Origin: Octopus sinensis
Taxonomy: Eukaryota
Reading direction: 5' to 3'
Length of the DNA: 64,000 nt
Assembly (NCBI RefSeq): GCF_006345805.1
Contig: NC_043003.1
Span: 114,142,001-114,206,000, forward strand
The notes beneath the pieces were generated by a model. It did no database searches. It was given only the letters and a program-made list of their open reading frames with translations, and had not been told where the DNA came from. The position numbers and the translations under genes are program-made. Shown piece by piece: positions 51,689 through 63,740 of this stretch (position 1 is the stretch's first letter; each line of letters opens with the position of its first letter).

Positions 51689-52099
51689 GTTTATATTTAT
51701 ATAAAAGAAGAAAAAGAAAATGGAGATTGGGAAATTAATAATTGTTTATCGTTAACAGCAAACTATTCATAATCCCTTACAGCTGTTTCAATCAATACTC
51801 AGTAAATTTTGCGTAAATATTAAATTTATATGACCTGAGTATAATATATATAGAAGGAGAAAAATATACCCCCGGATGTTTTATATGTGTTTATGGATCC
51901 ACTATAGCATCCTTTCATGAGTTTAACCTATGTATATATATTTGTGTATATATATATATATATATGCCTATATATACACACACATATATATGTTCGTATG
52001 TATATATATATATATATACACATATATATGTACGTATGTATATGTATGCATATATATATATGTATATATATATATGTGTGTGTGTGTATACTATTTAAC

Positions 52100-52480
52100 T
52101 CTTTTACTTGTTTCAGTCATTTGATTGCGGCCATGCTGAAGCACCACCTTTAATCGAGCAACTCGACCCCGGGACTTATTCTTTGTAAGCCCAGTACTTA
52201 TTCTATCGGTCTCTTTGACCGAACCGCTAAGTGACGGGGACATAAACACACCAGCATCAGTTGTCAAGCAATGCTACGGGGACAAACACAGACACACAAA
52301 CACACACATACATATACATATATACGACGGGCTTCTTTCAGTTTCCGTCTACCAAATCCACTCACAAGGCTTTGGTTGGCCCGAGGCTACAGTAGAAGAC
52401 AGTTGCCCAGGGTGCCGCACAGTGGGACTGAACCCGGAACCATGTGGTTGTTAAACAAGCTACTTACCATACAGACACTC

Positions 52481-52482
<2 letters not shown>
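52100..52482 (-). mobile_element. SINE family 1, full length
   Basis: Reverse complement of 54243-54660. Confidence 0.85.
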
Positions 52483-52522
<40 letters not shown>

Positions 52523-54191
52523 ATAATCCAGCCTCATATGCTAAATGAATGCACTTCATATATGTCCTGGGATGCTGTGATTTCGCGATGTGGAGAAAAC
52601 TTTCCAATTCAACAATGGTTAAAAGATGAAATACATGGACAGGCGAGATAACTCACTTCCAATCCAATCTAGGAGTGATGGACGTTCATGTTTCGCCATT
52701 TTGTGACTTAGAAACATGACGCAACCTTGGGATCGGAGATGAATTATTCGGCCAGTCCGCGACTTATAAGCACATAGTGCGCAAGCGATGTACGGGTATG
52801 CCCGTACAATGCATCCGTAAGAATAAATTCAAAAATGAAAGGGAAGAATAATGAGTTTGAACTTAACAATACTATAAAGTGACCATCATAATAATATAAA
52901 ATAATTTTTTTTATCACTGTTGAACATAAAAACTAACAATTATATATATATATTATATATATATATACATATACATATGTATGCATACACACACGCTTAC
53001 ATACACAGACACACACAGACACACATACGCACACACATATACACATACAAATATTTGTTTACGATCAGCTATAATGAAAGAAAAACTATACATATATATA
53101 TATATATTTATATATGTATGTATGTATGTATGTAAGTATGTATGTATGTAAGTATGTATGTATGTATGTATGTATGTATGTATGTGTGTGTATGTACGTA
53201 TGTACATACAAAACTGTCTTGTCGATTGCGACGGCGGGGTTTCCTGTTAACCCGATCAGCTGGAACACCCAGCTCATGAAACTAACATTCAAATGGTTGG
53301 GCGCTGTACAATCATGTGCACCCTTAAAGTAGTTCTCAAGGAGATTCAGCGTGACACAGAATGTGTGAAGGCTGGTCCATTGAGATACAGGTACTACTCA
53401 TTTTTGCCAAATAAGGAAACTGGAAGAACCTGCAATGCATGTGTTGCTCAAGAATAAAACGCACACTTCCCTGATTACACCTCAAACCATACTTTATGCC
53501 CATCACACTGGAGATATTTCCTATTACTCATAGCGCATCGTGTTGCCTTCCTTGGCCATCATGCCTAAAGATTTAGAAAGTGTTTGGTTATTATAATAGG
53601 ATTTGGGGACCATATTATATGGCACTGTTTTCTGCTAGCCTACCTGCACACTTAATTCTTCAGTAGCATTCAGAAATCTGACTTGGCATTTTTTTAGTCT
53701 ACACACTTGCATTCGTTTTATATTCCAATTCTGTGAATAAAACAGCCGGTAACAGTTTCGAACTGGTTCTCCTCAATTAATGTGCCGCTGCATTTACCTA
53801 TGATACTGAGAAGTATCACTCCAACCCCTATTATATGTTTGACCGTCCTTAGAAGGACATCGTGTGCCGGTCATCTCTTCTCCCTTTCCTCGTGCAAAAT
53901 TCGCCTTTTAACTTTCCTTGCTCGCCATTCTTCTGCATTATAGTGAATTTCTCTGGTTTCGTATAACATCCTCGTTGTGTTTTGTGCAACTTCGAGCACT
54001 TGCTTCATTTCCAAGTTGAAGTCTGTCACCGAAGCACTTTTTCTGACATTTCGTTTCTATCCAATGAACACTGGACATCGGGATTGAACATTATGGTCCA
54101 CATAATGCGAGACCGATGATATTACAAGTCTCTCTTCCGTTTGCTCTCTATCTCTCTTCAGCGCTCTCTTTCTACACTCCGCTTTGCGCGA

Positions 54192-54242
<51 letters not shown>

Positions 54243-54246
<4 letters not shown>

Positions 54247-54660
54247 GGCGCAGGAGTGGCTGTGAGGTAAGTAGCTTGTTTACCAACCACATGGTTCCGG
54301 GTTCAGTCCCACTGCGTGGCATCTTGGGCAAGTGTCTTCTACTATAGCCTCGGACCGACCAAAGCCTTGTGAGTGGATTTGGTAGACGGAAACTGAAAGA
54401 AGCCCGTCGTATATATGTATATATGTATATATATATGCGTGTGTGTGTGTGTTTGTGTGTCTGTGTTTGTCCCCCTAGCATTGCTTGACAACCGATGCTA
54501 GTGTATTTATGTCCCCGTTACTTAGCGGTTCGGCAAAAGAGACCGATAGAATAAGTACTGGGCTTACAACAGAATAAGTCCCGGGGTCGAGTTGCTCGAT
54601 TAAAGGCGCTGCCAAATCAAGGCCGCAGTCAAAAGAGTGAAACAAGTAAAATAGTAAAAG
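54243..54660 (+). mobile_element. SINE family 1, full length
   Basis: As 2195-2582. Confidence 0.85.
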
Positions 54661-54762
54661 AGTATGTGTGTGTGGGAGCGTGTATGTGTGTGTGTGTGTT
54701 GTGTGTGTGTGTGTGTGTGTGTGCGTGTGTGTATGTATGTATATATGTATGTATATTATATA

Positions 54763-54805
<43 letters not shown>

Positions 54806-54818
54806 CACACATATATAT

Positions 54819-55907
54819 ACGGGTATTCTATTTCAGATAATACAAAAATAACCTCATGAGTATATCTGACAGTAAACTCATGGTATCATTTTGCACAACA
54901 CGAAATACCACTTAAAGGATATAACCTAAATTTTTCCTCAAATCACCATTTTAGTACCAGCAAAAAAGGAAGATATGTATTTGAATATTTCTTGTTATAT
55001 ATCACATTTAAACACAGACATTTATATTCTGATGTTTCATCTTATATCTCACATTCTGTATTTGACATATACTTGATTTTACATGATTTATATATATACT
55101 AATTCATATTTATAATGTATAATTTAAAAATTATAATTCTTAATATTACAAATTATGATTTTTATTCTTAATTTTTATTCTTAATTTCTAATTCGTAATA
55201 TTTAATCTTTAATGCTTAATTGTATTGCTTATTTTTAAAGGGATGTAGTGTTTTCTCTTTGTGTTTTAATGTTTGGAATAACTTAATATATAATTAGATA
55301 TATAATAGAAATAGAACCTGAAATATATATGAAATAGAATCTGAAGTGATGTTGGAATAATTGTAAATCTGATGATTGCATATATGTATTTATATAAGTA
55401 TATATATAGGTATACAGTTGTATATATGCATATATATTGTAATCTTACAATACTGAAACACGTGTAGTTCCTTCATATTTAATAAATATAAGTATTAACT
55501 AAAGTATGATATAATTAATGAAGTACATTATATCTATTTCTTTACTGCCCACAAAGGGCTAAACATAGAGGGGACAAACAAGGACAGACAAACAGATTAA
55601 GTCGATTACATCGACCCCAGTGCGTAACTGGTACTTTATTTATCGACTCCGAAAGGATGAAAGGTAAAGTCGACCTCGGCGGAATTTGAACTCAGAACGT
55701 AACGACGGACGAAATACGGCTACGCATTTCGCCCGGCGTGCTAACGTTTCTGCCAGCTCACCGCCTTCAATGAAGTACATTCTATACATGGTAATTTTGG
55801 TTATATCCTTTAAGTATTATTTCGTGATGTGCAAACTGATATCATGAGTTTACTGTCAGATATACTCATAAGGTTATTTTTGCATTATCTGAAATAGAAT
55901 ACCCGCA
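54819..55907. mobile_element. Segment bounded by ~115-bp imperfect inverted repeats (PLE-like inverted end or long-TIR MITE)
   Basis: About 54819-54932 is the reverse complement of about 55792-55907 with scattered mismatches. Confidence 0.7.
55530..55768 (-). mobile_element. SINE family 2, full-length monomer with a 13-bp TSD
   Basis: TSD aatgaagtacatt at 55517-55529 and 55769-55781. Confidence 0.92.
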
Positions 55908-56073
55908 TATCGATTAATCCCCCAAGATTGAATATTTACTTTTATCAGATACTTTGCATATTTAGAGATAAATATATAAATATACGATGAATAAAACCCC
56001 AAAGTACGATATGTAGATGGATATAACGCGGTAAGTTTACACCTGATTGATTTGGAAATTTGGTTTCCCGAAT

Positions 56074-56107
<34 letters not shown>

Positions 56108-56151
56108 ATATATTGTGAAATAGAAAGATGAATAATCTTGTTGCAGATTAA

Positions 56152-58135
56152 TCAAAAGCCAATAGGAACCGTACCAGGTTCATCCAGTTTGATATCGCCA
56201 GCTTCTACCCCTCGATTAACCCTAGTGTACTAAATAAGGCCCTTTGGCATGCTCACAACAAGGTTGGCCTCACCAGAGAAGAAATAGATATCATTTTAGT
56301 TGCCAGGAAATCGTTTATTAAGTTTGATAATAAGTTGTGGATCCGTAAAGATACTCCCAATGAATTTGATGTGCCTATGGGTAGTTCGGATAGTGCGCAG
56401 ATAGCCGATTTGGTCGGAATATATATTCTCTACGAATTGTCCGACCAATTCCCGGAGATCGCGGGCGGCCTGTATCGTGACGATTGTCTGTTTTACCTGC
56501 AAAACACCACGAACAGAATAGTGCAGAAAACTAAGAGCAGGTTAGCTAGGTTTTTTAATAGAATGGGCATGAATATAGTTATTGATAATGAACTCACCAA
56601 GGCAAATTTCCTAGACGTTACACTCAACCTTAATAGCGACTCATACTGCCCTTACCATAAGCCTTCCACTAATTTGAAGTATGTCAGTGTCTTCTTCAAT
56701 CATGCCAAAACCGTAACAGACAATTTGGTTAAAAACATCTCTCTAAGATTGTCTGGCTTGTCCGCTAGTGCCGATATTTTTATTCAGAAAGCGGGATTTT
56801 ATAACGCCGCACTATCCAAGGCCGGTTATAGGCAGAAGGTAATTTATATTGATCCGGCCCTTCCGATGCCATCATTCGGTCATCAGGATAGGGCCGTCTA
56901 TAATAACATTAATAATTTAAGTAGTGACGGGAGCGCGGCGGGTGCCGGGGCAGTCGCTCCCGCATTTAATTTAGCGAACAAGGATAATTATCGGTCCGGG
57001 GGATCTCACACTAACCCAAAACCCGTTATTCATCCGAGAATCACCCACCCGAATGCGAGAGCTGGCGTCCCGACCCATCACATAAATAGGAACAAGCATA
57101 TATGGTTTGTAATCCCCTTTGGTAAGCAGATTAGAACTAACCCCCCCCCTCATGTTTCGACAAGCCATCGCCAATAACTTCCCCAGAAATTCCAAATATT
57201 ACTCCACGGTTAATTCGCATAAAGTTAGGATAGCTTTCTCCAACACTAAAAACCTCGCCCAGATAGTCGCCTCCCATAATAATAGGCTGCTTACCAAGAC
57301 CCTACCACCTTTCTCCGGAGGCACACCATCTTCCGCTCCCGGTTTAACGCCCAGTAGGAATAATAATAGTAGTAATAATGATATGAGAGCCAGTACAGTG
57401 ACTCATAATCTCAGCTCCAACCAGGGATTATATACTAGGGGTATAGTTATAAATAAGGGTGATGTCATTGACGGTAACGATGGCAGTAGTGAGGTGAGCG
57501 CAGCTCCGCTCGCTAGGGTAGAGAGTCCCAATAGCAACTCCAGCATCGTTTCCGGCAATAGCAGCACCACGGGCACTAGCAATGACAGCACTCTGAGTGA
57601 TAGTGTAGAATCAGGGGTTATTCCGTTAGGTAATAGTGACGTAGTGGAAAATAAAATAGTAAGCGGCTGCAGTTCTCGCAACAAATATAGTAACAGTAAC
57701 GCAGTTCTAATTTCAGAAACTAATCCTAATAGAATAAGGTTCACGTCGGTGAACTCCAAGATCAGAAACGCCGTCTACCAATGTAAGGTTTACACGGACT
57801 CAGATGTCTACTCTTATGTTGGGGTCCTCATCGTCAAGATTATCCTCACGCATCTCCAACCATTACGCAACTTTTCGAGACGTGAATAAATGCCAGACCA
57901 CGGGACTCAGCAAGCTAATATGGCGATTGAAGAATACGAACTCAAGCTACAGCCTGGAATGGTCAATTTTGTCGGTGCCCCCCCCCTATTTGACAGGGGC
58001 AGAAGGAAGTGCAACCTTTGTGTCTCCGAACTCTTCCATATATTGTTCGCCAGAGACCGGATAGTAAACGGACTTTTACAGTCGGCTTTTCGATGCCTCC
58101 ACTGGCGGCGTTATACTTATCTTGCTTATAAATAA
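56152..58135 (+). pseudogene. PLE RT-GIY-YIG ORF (~660 aa remnant) with three frameshifts
   Basis: A stop-free path runs through ORFs 56335, 57119, 57804 and 57890, with shifts at C9 (57141-57149), G4 (57821-57824) and C9 (57978-57986). Confidence 0.85.
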
Positions 58136-58722
58136 CGCTTATAAATAATACCTGCACCCGGTTACACTACTTATATGAAAATAGCCCTTGGAAATAAATT
58201 CTGAATAACTTTTATGAGAAATATGATTAACCATTGCAAGGGGAATTACTCCTGGGAGACGAATGGGGGTTTGTCTTCACGACGGGGGGTTTCTTTGACA
58301 ATGCAGGCTTAGACGAACACACGCACACATAAAAATTTTTTTTCTGCCACCCGACGGATTTTATAGCAGTGACCATTGTGTAGGGCCGTTTACCAACTGA
58401 CGGCCACGTGATCAAACGCACATACGAACACATTGAACAGTACACACACACATGTTTCTAAGTAGATTTTGGCCCGCCCCATATAATACACCTAATATTC
58501 TTTAAATAGTCAGAACTTTAGTCTCGGTCACAAAGAACATCTAAGCACCCTGTGCTACCACCCACCGGAATGACCGCTGCCTGACCCGTTAAAACCTTCA
58601 ACGCACCCACCACCAGTTTTCAACATACATTGATAAACAGTTTGGCCATGGGCTCTTAGGAGCCTCGTTCGATTTGTTTTGCTCTGTTCTGTTTTTGTTT
58701 TTTCCAACGGATTTCCTATTTC

Positions 58723-58802
58723 TTCCTGAAGAGAAAGACACAATATGGTCTCCTTATTCAATCGGAATTTGGTAAATTGTGCCTTTCGAAACACGTGTAG
58801 AA
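58723..58802 (+). ncRNA. Type I hammerhead ribozyme in the PLE 3' end
   Basis: UUC-CUGAAGA-GAAAG.CACAAU...AUUGUG.CUUUC-GAAA-CACGUGUA-GAA: intact core, 11-bp helix II, palindromic helix III ACACGUGU, GUA triplet. Confidence 0.78.
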
Positions 58803-60029
58803 TGCAATAAAACGATTTCTGTTCAATCTTCGTTCAACTCCATTTCTTCAATTCACTAATAATATATATATATATATATATAATATATATACACTTTCAC
58901 CTTTCTCCAACCTCAAAACCCGTGCACATAATTTGAAAAGTGGAACTTGAAAAGCACATTAAGTTATGTGAAAGCAGTATTAAGGTCTATCGTGTGAGCG
59001 TATATATATATATATGCATGTATATAAAATTGAATAAGGGTAGAAATTGATATTAATCAATTAAATAAAAGCAGTGGCCTTAGTATATTAAAAAAATCCG
59101 AAGATTAAAATTTTTTTACATACAAAATTTAAAGGACTGACCACTAAAAATGGACGGTCAATATGTTAGATATAGACGTTAAAATCGCTATTTTCCACGA
59201 AGAATGTGGTCTCAAGAAAAAAATCAGCACAAAACCAAAGCGTATGCATGTATATATATATATATATATATATAATATATGTATGTGTGTGTGTGTGTGA
59301 ATGTGTTTGTATGTATGTATGTATGTATGTATGTATGTATGTATGTATACTACACACAGGTATACACATATACACACAAATATATCCGTATACTTAGAAG
59401 CCTAAATACGTATATATAATAATATTTGTGTGCTGAATATAGATTTAATCTTGATGTCGAATAGTATCAAGTTTATAAAATTCGTGATCAAATCCGAAAA
59501 GCTGCAAAATTATTTCGAGCCGATCCACCTTGTGAAGGAGGTGGTGGGGGTACAAAAAAAAGAAAAAAAAAACAGAAGGAAGAAAATAAGAAAATAGAAA
59601 GAAAGAAAAAAGAAAAAAAGAAAAAGAAAGGGAAGATAATAAAAATAAAACACTCGGACCTTGTGAAATGATGATGAAGCTCAACAAAATCTGTTGTGAA
59701 TATTTACAAAGGTGAAAGGATTACAAAGATTTCAGTGGAAACAGGCAACAATCCATGAGTAATAGCGCTGTTGAGAATGTTGAGATTCTCCCTTTTGTAG
59801 TGGAACAGGGTGAGCAGGGTGCCATTAACACAAAGGTCAAGTGCAATAGTGCCAAACCAAGAAAGGTTTTTGCTACATCTCAAGAAAATCTGGAGTTCTT
59901 AGTGAATCAACTTATCGCACGAAATCTCAGCTATTCATACAAGATTTTTACCCGTCCACCCGTTCAACAATCTGTTTATCTTGGGAAAATTTCTTAACTA
60001 TAGATCTATCCAGATATCCTTTTAAACAC

Positions 60030-60294
60030 GCATATATCAGTTCACACATTCATACATACATACATACATACATACATACATACATACATACATACATACA
60101 TACATACATACATACATTCATGCCTACATACATATATATATATATACATACATACATACATACATGCATACATACATGCATACACACGTGTACGTATATA
60201 TATATATATACACAGATACACAGACACACAGATATATGGACATACATATAAATAATATAAATAAATACACACATACATACATGCATACACACAT

Positions 60295-60330
<36 letters not shown>

Positions 60331-60432
60331 TACAGCGATACATATATTTACATTCAGGTGTGCATCAATCTATCTGTAAATAACTATTAAAACTTACATA
60401 TATACACACGTACTTAACTCTCTCTCTCTCTC

Positions 60433-60482
<50 letters not shown>

Positions 60483-60500
60483 CACACACACACATTATGA
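60030..60500. repeat. (TACA)n/(CA)n/(TA)n/(CT)n microsatellites
   Basis: Direct inspection. Confidence 0.9.
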
Positions 60501-60622
60501 CTGTATACACTTATATTTATTCCTTAATTTATTCTAGTCATGCATCCATCCATGTATTCCACCATTCGTGCTTACGTATATGCATAATTAATATATACAC
60601 TCATCTCTCTCTCTCTTTCTCT

Positions 60623-60660
<38 letters not shown>

Positions 60661-60884
60661 GTAGATAGATATAGATAGAAGACAAGAGAAAGAATAGGAA
60701 GGTGAGAGAGATGAGATATGGAGGGTGAAGAGAGGGAGAGAGAGTTCGTTCGTTGTTGAATTGAAATGTCATTTGAACCCGAGGTCTTCCAGCACGCGAT
60801 GTTCTCTGTTTGAAACCCACCGATGTGCTGTTCGCTTGTTACCTTTCTGAGATCGATAAAGTAAGTATCAATCCATTATTAACA

Positions 60885-61155
60885 CTCTTCTTCTTCTTCT
60901 TCTTCTTCTTCTTCTTCTTTTTCTTCTTCTTCTCTTCTTCTTCTTCTGTTGTTGTTGTTGTTGTTTTTCTTCTTCTTCTTCTTCTTCTTCTTCTTCTGTT
61001 GTTGTTGTTGTTGTTTTTCTTCTTCTTCTTCTTCTTCTTCTTCTTCTGTTGTTGTTGTTGTTGTTGTTTTTCTTCTTCTTCTTCTTCTTCTGTTGTTGTT
61101 GTTGTTTTTCTTCTTCTTCTTCTTCTTCTTCTTCTTCTTTTTCTTCTTCTTCTTC
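60885..61155. repeat. Compound (TTC)n/(GTT)n microsatellite with higher-order periodicity
   Basis: Four blocks of (TTC)n-T-(GTT)n-TTTC. Confidence 0.9.
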
Positions 61156-61505
61156 TCGTTCTTAGCTACTGTAGTGACTGACTGATGGTGATGGTGATGG
61201 TGATGAGTAGGTCATCATAATCACCATCATCATCATCATCATATAAAGAAAACATACGAAAAGTCAGTAGACATGTATAGAGTCATTTAAATGTATAGCA
61301 ATGAATGAATATATCCTTCTTTGTGTGTATGTGTGTGTGTGTGTGTATGTGTGTGTGTGTGTGTGTAGTGCGAGCGTGCGCGAACACACGCACGCACACA
61401 TACATATATATATATATATATGCATACATTCATATACATACATATGTATATTTATGTGTGTCTATGAATGTACATATGAATACATGAATTGTGCACAGTC
61501 ACAGG

Positions 61506-61541
<36 letters not shown>

Positions 61542-62179
61542 CAAAGAACTGTCCATTGTTTTCAATATTCCATCCCCTTTTTTTTTAATTCCCTTCATCC
61601 TTTAAGCCTCCGTCTCACGCACTCTTAACATGGAGACCGCCATCAGGTTTCCCCCATTTTCGAAACGAGGCTCGTCACTTGTCATATTCTTACGTTTCAA
61701 GAATTATTTCCCACTGGAGATCAACCGAGGAGACATTGGCTGACCTCTAAGCAGATCTTTGGACACCTCGGCACATTCAAATCCCAATGGTTGTCTCTAT
61801 TCCGGAGTTTACCTCTTAACAAGCTCAGTCGATTTCCATAAGTGAGGTGGAGAGAGAAGGAATTGTCTTTGATAAGGAACGAGTCTGAAAATCTTTCTAT
61901 TAAACATGAAAACATGGAGAAATCCTGAGATTTTAAAATAATTTTATTTGTACTTGACAGGAGCGATTACCATAAAAACAACAACGACAACAATAACAAG
62001 CATAGTAATAATAATTACACTGACTTCAAGACCAAAATGAAAACAATAAGAGCCACGACATGTTTGTCACGGCAGCCATTAAAACAAGAGGACAAAAAAA
62101 AGAGTAAAAGAAACAACAACAAAAAGAACTGTTCCAAGTGAAATCATTATGCTGCAACATCAGATATGACTTGCAGTGC

Positions 62180-62190
62180 AACTACTACTA

Positions 62191-62225
<35 letters not shown>

Positions 62226-62356
62226 GCTACTACTGCTGCTACTGCTGCTGCTGCTGCTGCTACTACTACTACTACTACTGCTACTACTACTACTACCACT
62301 CTTACTACTACTACTGCTACTGCTGCTACTACTACTACTACTCTTACTACTACTCT

Positions 62357-62393
<37 letters not shown>

Positions 62394-62597
62394 GCTGCTG
62401 CTGCTACTACTGCTACTACTACTACTACTACTACTACTACTGCTGCTACTACTACTGCTACTACTACTAATACTACCACTCTTACTACTACTACTACTGC
62501 TGCTGCTACTACTACTACTACTACTCTTACTACTACTACTACTACTACTACTGCTACTACTGCTACTACTGCTGCTACTACTACTACTACTACTTCT
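62180..62597. repeat. (CTA/CTG)n trinucleotide expansion
   Basis: Direct inspection. Confidence 0.92.
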
Positions 62598-62629
62598 ACT
62601 TTAACGAACAAAATTGACAATGGTTTGAG

Positions 62630-62835
62630 ATTTTGGTTACAAGGCCAGCAATTGTAGAGGTAAGGGTACAAAGGGGCTTTACATCAACCCCAGTACTCAA
62701 CCGGTACTTAATTTATTCACCCAGAAATGATGAAAGGCCAAGTCGACTCCGGTGGCATTTGAACTCAGAGCGTAAAGTCGGAAGAAATGACGCTAATCAT
62801 TTTGTCCGGCGCAGTAACGATTCTGCCAGCTCCCC
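62630..62835 (-). mobile_element. Diverged SINE family 2 variant
   Basis: 'aaggccaagtcgactccggtggcatttgaactcagagcg' body and head. Confidence 0.7.
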
Positions 62836-63482
62836 ACATCACCTGAGTGAATAGAATTATAATGGATTCAACAGTTTTAGCGGGTGAAGAACAATCCAAT
62901 AATGTCAACAACAGTACATTACTGGTACTATATTTTATGAATCGCAGAGGGACAAAGTTGATCCTAGCGGATGTTTAACTTGGAACGTAATGAAACTGAA
63001 ACGACATTAATACAACAACAATAGCAATAACTATTACAAATGGCCAAACGTCAGATATTGTGGTGCAGAGGCGGAAGGATTGGGTGATGTATAATCAGGT
63101 AAGTCTCTTCATCATATCCTTTGTTAACCATTTTAGCTAAGAAGAATGGCAAAGGTGATATTTGAATTCGTATCATCAATCCATGCCGTTCATATCTGCC
63201 AGACATTCACCTATTTCTGTCATCTACTTTTCATCTAGTAGGAACTCAAAACTCCTTTCGGTAGGGAATTGGTTCGATGGTCCCAGAGAATATGATGTAG
63301 CAACAAATGCATGCCAGGCTCTTTGAAATGTTCTGCAGCTGGCAGCACACTGATAGGAGTTTTAGCTTTGGGGATAATTCTTCAGAAAACGTGGAACGAG
63401 CATTGCTTAAAAACGAAAGGAAAAACAGAGGATTTGAACTCACAATCTTTAAGATAGCTATCCAACACTCTGCAAAGTTTGC

Positions 63483-63650
63483 TAGGCGTGGCTGTGTGGT
63501 AAGTAGCTTGCTTACGAACCACATGGTTCCAGGTTCAGTCCCACTGCGTGGCACCTTGGGCAAGTGTCTTCTACTATAGCCTCGGACCGACCAAAGCCTT
63601 GTGAGTGGATTTGGTAGACGGAAGCTGAAAGAAGCCCGTCGTATATATAT
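63483..63650 (+). mobile_element. SINE family 1 head and body, ending in (TA)n
   Basis: Matches 54250-54415. Confidence 0.8.
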
Positions 63651-63661
63651 GTATATATGTA

Positions 63662-63732
<71 letters not shown>

Positions 63733-63740
63733 CATATATA

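Larger units (their letters stand above)
56152..58862 (+). mobile_element. Penelope-like retroelement (5'-truncated; RT plus C-terminal GIY-YIG; HHR-bearing 3' end) inserted in (TA)n
   Basis: RT motifs FIQFDIASFYPSI, FDVPMGSSDSAQIADLVG, YRDD and FLDVTLNL; EN motifs AVY..YVG..R, LSKLIWRLK, KCNLC and RCLH; AATAAA at about 58806; (TA)n on both flanks. Confidence 0.92.

Noticed and set aside
53480-54050. Possible LINE endonuclease relic on the minus strand
   Set aside because: Only faint similarity (CYRLFYS); too decayed to call.
56152-58135. RT as a novel retron-, DGR- or telomerase-type system
   Set aside because: Motifs and the C-terminal GIY-YIG fit an ordinary Penelope-like element.
59716-59997. 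Non-repetitive ~90-codon open frame (MSNSAVENVEILPFVVEQ...)
   Set aside because: No recognisable homology or splice context; the length is attainable by chance. A TBLASTN or RNA-seq check would settle it.
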